A DNA stretch of 57,660 nucleotides, taken from the NCBI GenBank assembly GCA_934623455.1, contig CAKTVK010000001.1, forward strand, positions 1 to 57,660. The letters run 5' to 3'. The translations under genes were made by a program, and so were the position numbers. How positions within the stretch are numbered: the stretch's first letter is position 1; each line of letters opens with the position of its first letter. This document shows, in pieces, positions 45,406 through 54,483 of the stretch. The notes beneath the pieces were generated by a model. That model saw only the letters and a program-made list of their open reading frames with translations. It was not told the DNA's origin and searched no databases. The DNA comes from an uncultured Eggerthellaceae bacterium (lineage in GTDB: Bacteria > Actinomycetota > Coriobacteriia > Coriobacteriales > Eggerthellaceae).

Positions 45406-46542
45406 ATGACGAGCGGACAACCCATACGCGTGCTGCAGGCCGTGCCCTCTATGGGGCATGGTGGTATCGAGCACTTCCTCATGAACCTGTACCGAGCCAT
45501 CGACAAGGACAAGGTGCAGTTCGACTTCATGTACCGCGTACCCTACGCGTGCGTGTTCGACAAGGAGATTGAGTCCATGGGCGGGCGCATCTTCAGGTGC
45601 ATCGACCCCGACAGGCACCCCGTGAGGTCCGGTAGATACTACCGGGAGTTCTTTGCCGAGCATCCCGAGGTCCGAGCGGTGCACGAGCACCGCTCGGGCT
45701 GCGACGGGTTCTTCGGGCTCATGCGCGCGGCTAAGCGCGCGGGCGTGCCCGTGCGCATCCTGCATTCGCACAACTCCCAGAAGGGGTGGGCGAACAACCC
45801 GATAAAGGACATGACGGACGCTTTCAACGCGCCCAGACTCGACGGTTTCGCGAACGTGTTCATCGCGTGCTCTGACGTGGCGGCGCAATACCTTTACGGG
45901 CGCTGCCCGAAAGTGCTGGGCGAATGCACGGTCCGGCCCAATGCCATCGACCTGGGCGCGTTCGGCTTCGACCCGCAGGTGCGTGCGGCGGTACGCGGGC
46001 GATACGGCATTGTCGGCGACGCCTTGGTCGTGGGACACGTCGGGCGTTTCGTGCCGGAGAAGAACCAGGCCTTCCTGCTCAACGTCGTCGCAGGCCTTCG
46101 ACGTGTCGGCGTGGCCGCCGAGGCTCTTCTGCTGGGCGACGGGCCGACGCGCGCGGAGGTTGAGAATAAGGCGGCCGAGCTGCGCATTGCCGATGCCATC
46201 CATTTTGCCGGGATACAGGAGGACACGGCTTCGCACTACTCGGCCATGGACGTGTTCTGCATGCCGTCTCTCTTCGAGGGCCTGCCCGTCTCCTGCGTCG
46301 AGGCTCAGGCCAGCGGGCTGCCTATGGTGCTCTCCACAGGCATCAGCCGCATGGCCGACATATGCGGGCATGCCGCGTTCCTGGACTTGGGCGAGGGCGC
46401 GAAGGCATGGGACGAGGCGGTTCGCGAGGCCGCCAAGGGCGGAAGGCGCGAAAACACGCCCACCCTCAAGGCCGCAGGCTACGGAATCGATGGGGTCGCC
46501 CGCGAGTACGAGGAGCTTTATCTGGGCGGGGTTTCCAAATGA
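45406..46542 (+). CDS. GT4-family (glycosyltransferase family 1) protein
   Basis: IRVLQAVPSMGHGGIEHFLMNLYR.. N-domain and a C-terminal ..FCMPSLFEGLPVSCVEAQASGLPMV.. motif. Confidence 0.8.
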   Translation: MTSGQPIRVLQAVPSMGHGGIEHFLMNLYRAIDKDKVQFDFMYRVPYACVFDKEIESMGGRIFRCIDPDRHPVRSGRYYREFFAEHPEVRAVHEHRSGCDGFFGLMRAAKRAGVPVRILHSHNSQKGWANNPIKDMTDAFNAPRLDGFANVFIACSDVAAQYLYGRCPKVLGECTVRPNAIDLGAFGFDPQVRAAVRGRYGIVGDALVVGHVGRFVPEKNQAFLLNVVAGLRRVGVAAEALLLGDGPTRAEVENKAAELRIADAIHFAGIQEDTASHYSAMDVFCMPSLFEGLPVSCVEAQASGLPMVLSTGISRMADICGHAAFLDLGEGAKAWDEAVREAAKGGRRENTPTLKAAGYGIDGVAREYEELYLGGVSK

Positions 46543-47972
46543 GCAGGGTTTTCACGCAGGGTACTAAGCCCGACCTCACGGTCTACAAGGTTCTATGCGT
46601 CGGGCTCTTGGCACTCCAGGCGCTCGCCCTCGCCTGCGTGCCCGAGTTCGACGACTACGGGCAGATGTGTTTCGTTTCGCTGGCGCAGCTGGCGCTTTTC
46701 GTCGCCATGGCGATGGCGTCGCCGTGCCGTCAGCCCTTTTGCATCCTATTCCTTGTGGCAAACTGGGTTTTCAACTGCGGGCAGATCGCCTGCATCGCCG
46801 CCGGATACGGATCAGACGAGGTCTTGAACTTGGACTTCCGGTTGTTCGGTACGCAGACGACGATCGAGGCCGCCTTCCGCTTCTATCTGTACTCCCAGAC
46901 CCTCGTCGCCGCCGGCGCCTTTTTGTTCCAGAAGCCGCCCTCCTACAAAGGCTCGAGCGACAAGGCGGCGTTCAGCGTGAACGTCAAGGCGGTCGCCAAA
47001 TGCCTGATTGTCGCTGGACTGCCTTTTTGGCTGTACGTGAATATCTCCAAGATCGCCGGCGCCGCTACTGATGCCTATCGCGGCGTCTATTCGCTCGTTA
47101 TCCCGGCGCCGGTCCAAGCCGTCTCGTTCTTTTTCGAGGCCGGCCTTCTGCTGATGCTGCTGGTTGTTGGGCGAGAGCGAAAGGGGACAGCCCTCTTCTG
47201 GGCCGTTGTGGCCATCAACGTCGTCTTCATGGCCACGGGAAGCAGACAGTACTCAGTCTGCTTTCTTGCCGTTTGGTGCCTGGTCTACTTCTGCTATCTG
47301 AGGGAGCTGTCAGCGGGCAGGGCCGTCGGCATGGTGGTTGCCGGCGTCCTGCTGCTTTTCGCAATCGATGCCTTCGGCGAGCTCAGGACCGCCGGTTTCT
47401 CGATCGAGTCGTTTTCCTCCTATCTGGTGAACGCGTCTTTCTTCGACGTGGTCTGGGACAGCTTGGGCGAGTTCGGTTGCGCCTTCAGCACGCTGGTGGT
47501 TTGCATGGGCTATGTCCCGACCGGACTTTCGTATGGCTTGGGGAGCTCCTACCTTGCGGGCCTCCTCTCGGTGATTCCGATGCTCGTGAGCTATTTCCCC
47601 GGCTTGAAATCGGCTACGCTTTTCACCCGGTTGATTCCCGGGACATCGTCCTTTGGCGGGTCCATGCTCGGCGAGTTCTACTACAACTTCGGGTGGTTCG
47701 GGCTGGTCGGCCCGTTCTTGGTCGGTGCCCTTCTCGCGTGGTGCCAGAACCGCCTCAACGAGAGCGACAAGGACGAGCGGCTCGTGTTCGTTTGGGTGGC
47801 GGCCGTTATATCCGTGTTCCTCCTTCTGTTCATCAGGGGCTACTTCACCGACGCAATTATGAAGGTCGTCTATGTGTTCCTTGCTGCCTGGATTGCGGAC
47901 GGCGTTGTCAGGCGCTTTTCGGCGAGAAGGTCGCAGGCTCCCTACCGTGCCTCCGGGGGTGCGGCGGAATGA
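46539..47972 (+). CDS. wzy: polytopic membrane protein, probable O-antigen/repeat-unit polymerase (Wzy-like)
   Basis: About 477 aa with at least 10 hydrophobic segments. It sits among glycosyltransferases and Wzx. ATGA overlaps the upstream stop. No diagnostic motif was recognised. Confidence 0.5.
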   Translation: MSRVFTQGTKPDLTVYKVLCVGLLALQALALACVPEFDDYGQMCFVSLAQLALFVAMAMASPCRQPFCILFLVANWVFNCGQIACIAAGYGSDEVLNLDFRLFGTQTTIEAAFRFYLYSQTLVAAGAFLFQKPPSYKGSSDKAAFSVNVKAVAKCLIVAGLPFWLYVNISKIAGAATDAYRGVYSLVIPAPVQAVSFFFEAGLLLMLLVVGRERKGTALFWAVVAINVVFMATGSRQYSVCFLAVWCLVYFCYLRELSAGRAVGMVVAGVLLLFAIDAFGELRTAGFSIESFSSYLVNASFFDVVWDSLGEFGCAFSTLVVCMGYVPTGLSYGLGSSYLAGLLSVIPMLVSYFPGLKSATLFTRLIPGTSSFGGSMLGEFYYNFGWFGLVGPFLVGALLAWCQNRLNESDKDERLVFVWVAAVISVFLLLFIRGYFTDAIMKVVYVFLAAWIADGVVRRFSARRSQAPYRASGGAAE

Positions 47973-49003
47973 CGGCGCCGTTCTTCTCAATTTGCATCGC
48001 GGCATATAATGCCGAGCGCTATATCAGCGAGTGCCTTCGCTCCATCGCGGCGCAGGATTGCCGCGATTACGAGGTCGTTATCGTGGACGACGGGTCGGCT
48101 GAGCCCCTTGCCTTGGACGAGGGCCTGCGATCCGCGTTCCCATCATGCACGCTGAGACGCACCGCCAACAGCGGGCCGTACGCTGCGCGCCAAGCCGCGT
48201 TCGACGCCTCGTGCGGCGAGGTAGTCATCTGCGTTGACGCGGACGACGGACTGCTCGACCCCTCGGCGCTGACGAAAATCAAGCGAGCCTTCATCGACGG
48301 CGATGTCGACATAGTGCTGTTCAACGCAAGCTCCTCCGATCTCAATCCTGCCCGCATGTTCGACTTCTCCGCGCTGGGCGGAGAAGGGGCCGTCTCGGAA
48401 AGCTCGGTCTGGGACTTATACACCAAAGGCTATTCGCTGAATAGCCTTTGGTGTAAAGCGTTCAAGAGAACGCTTTACACCAAAGGTGAAAAACCGAGGC
48501 CCCGTCTCCTGATGGCGGAAGACAGGCTCCAGAGCCTCGAGGTGATGCGCGACGCCAAGTCGTATTGGCTGCTCGACGAGCCCCTTTACTTCTACAGGCC
48601 GAACCCCGCGTCGACGACGAACGCGGGCTACGACCCGGCCTATTACCGGCAGGCCTGCTATGTCGAGGAGGAGGTGACGGCGTTCATGAAGCGTCGCGGC
48701 ATGCCTCTCGACGGATGGGCGCGCTACTTCCTGGGGTACACGTCGAGCGCGCTTCTGGGCGTTCGATACAACCGTAAACTCGATGGAGCTGCACGGCGGC
48801 TTGCCTATGCGGATGCTCGAAACGAGAAGGCGCTGGCTATAGCTGCGGGCAACTGTTCAATCGGATCTCTTTCCAAAGTTGACACGCTGCGTATCTCGTT
48901 TTTGGAGAAGAAGCGTTTCGTCATGCTTGACATAAGCATGTTGCCTTGGAGAGTTGGATCTGGCGTAAAACGGTTGATCGCCGCGCTTCGCCATGCTTGC
49001 TGA
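47969..49003 (+). CDS. GT2-family glycosyltransferase
   Basis: FSICIAAYNAERYISECLRSIAAQDCRDYEVVIVDDGS.. and ..CVDADD... ATGA overlaps the upstream stop. Confidence 0.85.
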   Translation: MTAPFFSICIAAYNAERYISECLRSIAAQDCRDYEVVIVDDGSAEPLALDEGLRSAFPSCTLRRTANSGPYAARQAAFDASCGEVVICVDADDGLLDPSALTKIKRAFIDGDVDIVLFNASSSDLNPARMFDFSALGGEGAVSESSVWDLYTKGYSLNSLWCKAFKRTLYTKGEKPRPRLLMAEDRLQSLEVMRDAKSYWLLDEPLYFYRPNPASTTNAGYDPAYYRQACYVEEEVTAFMKRRGMPLDGWARYFLGYTSSALLGVRYNRKLDGAARRLAYADARNEKALAIAAGNCSIGSLSKVDTLRISFLEKKRFVMLDISMLPWRVGSGVKRLIAALRHAC

Positions 49004-49020
49004 TAGAGATTAGAGGAGCC

Positions 49021-50094
49021 ATGATTTCAACGAATGCAGAAAAAGTTGGCATCGTCACGCTTCCGGGCCGGTTCAACTATGGCAACCGCCTCCAGAATTT
49101 TGCCGTGACCGAAGTGTACAGGAGGCTCGGAATTGAGCCGGAATCACTTGTGCTGGCCGATCGCCCGAATGCCATGAGATTGCTTAGAACTGCATATTAT
49201 AAAGTGCGCGGCACTGGTTCCGTTGCAAAACCTGAGGAACTTATGAGCCCGGGGCGAAACAAAGCTTTCCGACGTTTCAACTGCCGCATTCCTTCGCGCG
49301 TTATCAAGTCGCTCAATGGGATCGACGCTGAATATAGTCTGTTTTCAGTTGGCAGTGACCAGGTTTGGAACCCTGGATTCATGGCGTACAACGAGGATTT
49401 CTATCTGCTTGAGTTTTGCGCTTCCGAAAAGCGCATTGCCTTATCTGCAAGTATCGGTGTGGATGATGTCTCGCCTAAGGTAGGGAAGCGTATCGGTCGC
49501 GCTGCATTGGGGTTTCGGGGGCTTTCTGTTCGTGAGGGGCGAGCGGCGGAGATATTGCGTGATTACGCAGATTGTGACCCGTTTGTCGTTTGCGATCCGA
49601 CGCTTGTGCTTTCTGCCGAGGAGTGGCACGCGGTGGCCGACGGGCGATGCACACCCGTCGAGCCGTATGTCTTCACGTACCTGCTGGGCGGCGTCGGGGC
49701 CGAGGCCTCCGACGTGCTGGACAAGGTGACCGACCACGGCCTCATCCCCGTGGTGCCGCTGTCCGACAGGCAGAAGCCCGGCGAGCCCGATGCGGGGCCG
49801 GCCGAGTTCATCGACCTCATCGACCATGCAGCCCATGTGGTGACCGACTCTTTCCACGCCGCGGTGTTCAGCTCCATCCTGCACACCCCCCTCACCATCG
49901 TGCACCGCGAGGGAGGGGCGAGCATGTTCTCGCGCCTGGAACAGCTCTCCGAGATGCTGGGCATCGAGGAGAAGGTGTACGGCTCGCCTGCCTACGACCT
50001 CGCGAAATCCGGCAACTATGAGGGAATGGACGAGGCCATAGGGCGCGAGCGCGAGAGGTTCATGGATTATCTGGAGGGCTGCCTGGATGGCTAG
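49021..50094 (+). CDS. polysaccharide pyruvyl transferase family protein
   Basis: KVGIVTLPGRFNYGNRLQNFAV.., ..VGSDQVWNP.., ..CDPTLVL... AGAGGAG RBS. Confidence 0.7.
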   Translation: MISTNAEKVGIVTLPGRFNYGNRLQNFAVTEVYRRLGIEPESLVLADRPNAMRLLRTAYYKVRGTGSVAKPEELMSPGRNKAFRRFNCRIPSRVIKSLNGIDAEYSLFSVGSDQVWNPGFMAYNEDFYLLEFCASEKRIALSASIGVDDVSPKVGKRIGRAALGFRGLSVREGRAAEILRDYADCDPFVVCDPTLVLSAEEWHAVADGRCTPVEPYVFTYLLGGVGAEASDVLDKVTDHGLIPVVPLSDRQKPGEPDAGPAEFIDLIDHAAHVVTDSFHAAVFSSILHTPLTIVHREGGASMFSRLEQLSEMLGIEEKVYGSPAYDLAKSGNYEGMDEAIGRERERFMDYLEGCLDG

Positions 50095-51592
50095 CCAGCG
50101 CAAGGCCGGGGCGATCCTGGGCTACGCGAACATCGTCGTCAAGAACCTCGTCAACCTGGTCTACACGCCGATGCTGCTGGCGTTCGTGGGGCAGGCCGAC
50201 TACGGCGTGTTCCAGACCTCGAACTCGTTCGTTTTCTCGCTGTCGCTTTTGACGTTCGGGTTCTCGGAGGCCTACGTCCGCTTCTACACGCAGAAGAGGG
50301 CGCACGGCACCGAGGCCGACGTTCGCCGGCTCAACGGGATGTACCTCGTGCTGTACGTCGTCGTCTGTGCGGTCGCGCTTGCCTTGGGCCTTTTGTTTGC
50401 CTCCAATGTGGAAACGTTCTTCTCGGGCAGCTTCACGCCCGACGAGGTGGGGCTCGCGGGGGAGCTGATGGCCGTCATGGCGTTCTCGGTCGCCACGACG
50501 CTCTTCTCGACGGTCTTCGACGCTTACATCATGGTCCACGAGCAGTTCAGGTTCCAGCAGACGAGGCAGATGTTCACCTCGCTGGTGACGCCGGGGCTCG
50601 CCTTCTGCCTGCTGAGCCTGGGTACAGGGGTCGTGGGCGTTGCCCTGTCGCAGCTCGCGGTGAACGTCGTCCTGCTGCTTTTCAACGCCCGCTTCGCGAT
50701 TGCGAAGCTTGGCATGCGCTTCGACGTGCGGCGCTTCGACGGGGCGCTGTTTCGGGCCGTCGCCGCCTTTAGCGCTTGGATCTTCATCAACCAGGTCTGC
50801 GAGCTCGTTAACCAGAGCGTGCCCAACATGCTCCTGGGGGCGCTCGCCGGTGCCACGACGGTCGCGGTCTTCGCCGTCTCCATCCAGATAAGGAGCGTGT
50901 TCGTATCCCTGTCGCTTGTCATGTCGAACGTCTTCGTCCCCAAAATCAACCGCATCGTCGCCGCCTCCGACGATAACGTCGAGCTCACGAGGCTCATGAC
51001 GCGCGTGGGGCGTTACCAGATGCTTCTGTTCTGCTGGGTGTACTGTGGGTTTGTGCTGCTGGGGCGGTTCTTCATCGCCCACTGGGCGGGAGAGGGATTC
51101 CTGGACGCCTACTACCTGATCTGCGCCATGGCGTTGCCTTTGGCGGTGCCGCTTTGCCAGAACATGGGGATCGAGATACAGAGGGCGAAGAACAGGCACA
51201 AGGCCCGCTCCCTCGTGTACCTGGGGATATCCTGCATCAACGTCGTCTTCACCTGGTTCGCCACCCCCTGCCTCGGCTACTGGGCGCCCGCCGTCGCCTA
51301 CATCGCCAGCATAACGCTGGGCAACGGCTTGTTCATGAACTGGTATTACCAGAAGCGCATCGGTCTGGACATGGTGTTCTTCTGGAAGAGGAACCTGCCG
51401 GTGGTACTGGCGTCCGCGGCTGTGCTCGCCGCGTGCATGGGCGTCGCCCAGTCCGTTCCCGTCTCGAGTTGGGCCGCCTTCTTCGCCTGGGGAGTTGCGT
51501 ACACGGTCGTGTTCGCTGCTGCTATGTGGCGCTTCGTGCTGGATAAAGACGAGAGGGTCTCGGTGGCGGCCAAGCTTCCGTTCCTGCGTTAG
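50087..51592 (+). CDS. wzx: Wzx-type oligosaccharide flippase (MOP superfamily)
   Basis: About 500 aa with roughly 12-14 hydrophobic helices. N-terminus ..AGAILGYANIVVKNLVNLVYTPMLLAFVGQADYGVFQ. GGAGGG RBS. Confidence 0.8.
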   Translation: MASQRKAGAILGYANIVVKNLVNLVYTPMLLAFVGQADYGVFQTSNSFVFSLSLLTFGFSEAYVRFYTQKRAHGTEADVRRLNGMYLVLYVVVCAVALALGLLFASNVETFFSGSFTPDEVGLAGELMAVMAFSVATTLFSTVFDAYIMVHEQFRFQQTRQMFTSLVTPGLAFCLLSLGTGVVGVALSQLAVNVVLLLFNARFAIAKLGMRFDVRRFDGALFRAVAAFSAWIFINQVCELVNQSVPNMLLGALAGATTVAVFAVSIQIRSVFVSLSLVMSNVFVPKINRIVAASDDNVELTRLMTRVGRYQMLLFCWVYCGFVLLGRFFIAHWAGEGFLDAYYLICAMALPLAVPLCQNMGIEIQRAKNRHKARSLVYLGISCINVVFTWFATPCLGYWAPAVAYIASITLGNGLFMNWYYQKRIGLDMVFFWKRNLPVVLASAAVLAACMGVAQSVPVSSWAAFFAWGVAYTVVFAAAMWRFVLDKDERVSVAAKLPFLR

Positions 51593-51604
51593 GGGTTCTG
51601 CCTT

Positions 51605-52813
51605 ATGGAGAGGGAAATGCCTAAGATAGTTTGTTTGGGTGACGCGTGCTGTGGCTGTGGCGCGTGCGTCGCGAAGTGCCCGAAGGGCTGCATAGAGATG
51701 AGGCCGGACTGGTGCGGGTTTCTGCATCCCGCAGTCGACGAGGAATCTTGCGTCAGATGCGACGCGTGCAACGCCGCGTGCCCAGCAATGGCCGAACGGC
51801 AGGAAGATGGGCTTGAAGGCGTTATCTGGGCGAAGTCCAAGGATATCACCGAAAGGCTCAACTCCTCCTCGGGCGGCGTTTTCGCGCTGCTTGCACATGA
51901 TGTGCTGGAGGCCGACGGCGTCGTGTGCGGCGCCGCTTGGGCCGATGGCTGCAAGCATGTGAGGCACGTGCTCGTGGACTCCGAAGGCGGGCTCGACTCC
52001 GTCATGCGCTCCAAGTACGTGCAGAGCTCGGTGGGCCGCGAGGTCTACGAGGGCGTGCGTGCGGCGCTTCGGGCCGGCAGGCGCGTGCTATTCGCGGGCA
52101 CGGCGTGCCAGGTGGCGGGCATGAGGGCGTACCTGGGAAAGCTCGCCGACTCCGACGGCTTCCTGACGGTTGACGTCATCTGCCACGGAGTCCCCTCGCC
52201 GCTCCTATGGGAGAGGTGGGCCGAGTACAAGGAAGGCTGCGCGAATGCGCCGCTTCGCGGCGTGAATATGCGGAGTAAGACAACCGGATGGTTGTCTTAC
52301 TCCGCTATGTACGAGTACATAGCGGAGAAAGACGGCGCTCCCGTCTGCGACGGGAGCGTGTTCGGGGACGACTGGTACATGAAGGCGTTTCTGCAGAATG
52401 CGAGCCTTCGTAAGTCGTGCTTTTCGTGCCCCGTGAAGCGCTCGTGCGGCTCAGACGTCACCTTGGGCGACTTTTGGGGAATCCAGTCCGCCCACCCCGA
52501 GGTCGACTATGAGGGCGGCGTGTCCGCCGTGTTCGCCAACACGGCGAAGGGGCTCTCCGTCGTCGAGTCGCTGAAACCTCGGCTTGAATGGGGCAAGTCC
52601 TCGCTCGAGAAGGTGCTGCCGGGCAATTCCAGTTTACTGAGGTCCGTATCCCCTTATGAGGGTCGCGATGAGTTTATGTGTGATCTTGGGGCCAACGTGA
52701 GCATCGGCAGTCTAGAGGAGAAGTATGCGTTTAAGATAAAAGTTACGCTTAGTCAGCGGGTTCGCGGATTGTTGTCTAGAGTCAAACGTTGGCTTTTGGA
52801 AGATCATGGCTGA
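51605..52813 (+). CDS. FrhB/FdhB-like (coenzyme F420 hydrogenase beta-type) Fe-S protein with an N-terminal 2x[4Fe-4S] ferredoxin domain
   Basis: CCGCGACVAKCP and CVRCDACNAACP motifs, followed by ..SSSGGVF..YVQSS..GTACQV..VICHGVPSP... The start is ATG 51605 or 51617. Confidence 0.7.
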   Translation: MEREMPKIVCLGDACCGCGACVAKCPKGCIEMRPDWCGFLHPAVDEESCVRCDACNAACPAMAERQEDGLEGVIWAKSKDITERLNSSSGGVFALLAHDVLEADGVVCGAAWADGCKHVRHVLVDSEGGLDSVMRSKYVQSSVGREVYEGVRAALRAGRRVLFAGTACQVAGMRAYLGKLADSDGFLTVDVICHGVPSPLLWERWAEYKEGCANAPLRGVNMRSKTTGWLSYSAMYEYIAEKDGAPVCDGSVFGDDWYMKAFLQNASLRKSCFSCPVKRSCGSDVTLGDFWGIQSAHPEVDYEGGVSAVFANTAKGLSVVESLKPRLEWGKSSLEKVLPGNSSLLRSVSPYEGRDEFMCDLGANVSIGSLEEKYAFKIKVTLSQRVRGLLSRVKRWLLEDHG

Positions 52814-53464
52814 TGGCAAGCATAATCAGCCAGCCAATTCACTGCAATTGGCGTTGCCTGGTGGTTTTCGTGTTTAAATGCTTAAGGCTCTATTGGAACG
52901 AAAACGGGGCAGATTCAGATTCATGGGGGCGCGCCTCACCGTGCTGTCGCTGCATCCCGTCGCGGCCGCGACGTCCGCAGGCGGCTGACCCATGGCCGAC
53001 ACCTCATGATCCCCGGTATCTGGTCATTATATGCCTCCTAGAAACGAAAACGGCACGGTCTTCCTTGCTGTGCCGTCGCCGATTTTAGAAGCGCGCGTAT
53101 CGGTCGTGCGCCTGATGCATTTGAGTTATCGGGGGTTGGTCATTTGAATTGTTACGGTGGACGCATATCGACGTTGAACGTAGGAAAGGGTATCTGGACG
53201 AGTCGTCATTCTTGTCTGTCCCTAAACTCGTGTAGTGTCTGACAGCGAATCATATGCTTTCAGCGGGCCTTACGAATGTTGCCTAGCTCTTCCGGATGAA
53301 TATCTTTCGTCTGGGAAGGCTGGTTAATCATCTGTTTTCAGAGCGCCGAATGCCGTTCTGTACGTTCTGGCTTATGGTAGGGCGAATAAGCAATCCTCCT
53401 ATGGTTTGTCGATAGATATTTGGCCGCACATCGGATATTGCGAGCCACCTTCATCGTTCTGACA

Positions 53465-53470
53465 TATAAT
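53465..53470 (+). promoter_or_regulatory. candidate -10 box (TATAAT) upstream of the ATPase/protease pair
   Basis: A perfect TATAAT lies 36 nt upstream of ATG 53506. I saw no convincing -35. Confidence 0.3.
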
Positions 53471-53505
53471 AATCTCTCCAAAAAATATGAGGAGGTGAGC
53501 CGGTC

Positions 53506-54483
53506 ATGGCCACGAACGATCAGGTAAAGCAACTGGCAAAGGCCTACCTGGACGCGAATGACGACGCGTTCAGGACCGGCTTGCTCCAGATTGGCGCGGC
53601 GGAGGCCAAGAAGGGCCATACATCGGCGGCCCGCGAGATGAAGGAACTCGCAGACCGGATAAAGGGGCGTCCGCGGGGCAAGATACTCAATCTGGGCTTG
53701 GTGGATGGGCTTTTCCAGGTTAGCCACCCCAACACGAGACTCGACGAGCTTATCGTATCGGATGCCGTGAAGGACAAACTTCGTCGAATCGTCGACGAAT
53801 ATCGCAACCGCGGCAAGCTCGCCGCGTACGGCTATGCCAACCGCAGGCGTATCCTGCTCGAGGGTGCCCCGGGTACCGGCAAGACCATGACGGCCTCGGT
53901 GATTGCCTCCGAGCTGGGCATGACGCTCTACATCGTGCAGATGGACAAGCTCATAACCAAGTACATGGGCGAGACGAGCGTGAAGCTCCGCCAGATATTC
54001 GATGCCATCCAGCACAACGTCGGCGTGTACCTGTTTGACGAGTTCGATGCCATCGGCGCCGACAGGGGACTGGACAACGAGGTCGGCGAGATGCGGCGTA
54101 TTCTGAACTCGTTCCTACAGTTCATCGAGGCGGACAGCTCCGAAAGCATCGTCATAGCCGCGACCAACAACAAGCAGATGCTCGACCGCGCTCTGTTCCG
54201 CAGGTTCGACGACGTGCTCCACTACGGCCTTCCCACGGCCGAGGAGGCGGGCATGATCGCCGAGTCCGTCATTGGCGGGTACGATACCAAGTTTTTTGCA
54301 TCCGACAAGCTTTCGGAGAGGCTCGCGCGGCTCTGCCAGGCCGAAATCGTGGGCGTATGCCGGGACGCCATAAAGGATGCCCTGCTCTCCGGTGGGCCCG
54401 TGACCAACGAGGGCGTGCTCGCTCTGTGCGATGAGCGTCTGGGCATCTACGGTCCCTCCGACACCGAGAAGCTGGCCGGCTAA
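53506..54483 (+). CDS. ietA: classic-clade AAA+ ATPase, IetA-like
   Basis: Walker A LEGAPGTGKT, Walker B VYLFDEFDAIG, sensor-1 IAATNN and Arg-finger region DRALFRRFD. GAGGAGG RBS. Confidence 0.75.
   Translation: MATNDQVKQLAKAYLDANDDAFRTGLLQIGAAEAKKGHTSAAREMKELADRIKGRPRGKILNLGLVDGLFQVSHPNTRLDELIVSDAVKDKLRRIVDEYRNRGKLAAYGYANRRRILLEGAPGTGKTMTASVIASELGMTLYIVQMDKLITKYMGETSVKLRQIFDAIQHNVGVYLFDEFDAIGADRGLDNEVGEMRRILNSFLQFIEADSSESIVIAATNNKQMLDRALFRRFDDVLHYGLPTAEEAGMIAESVIGGYDTKFFASDKLSERLARLCQAEIVGVCRDAIKDALLSGGPVTNEGVLALCDERLGIYGPSDTEKLAG

Noticed and set aside
43029-51967. Very long antisense or alternative-frame ORFs in the track, for example 44752-46371(-) at 539 aa, 50060-51967(-) at 635 aa, 43029-43598(-), 47310-48005(-), 49441-50103(-) and 45941-46567(+).
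   Set aside because: Their translations are Arg/Ala/Gly/Pro-rich low-complexity strings without motifs. They overlap plus-strand genes that have clear family signatures and RBSs. Stop-codon depletion in a 62-70% GC block explains them.
53338-54015. 225-aa minus-strand ORF overlapping the AAA+ ATPase gene.
   Set aside because: It is antisense to a gene with complete Walker A/B and Arg-finger motifs, and it has no features of its own.
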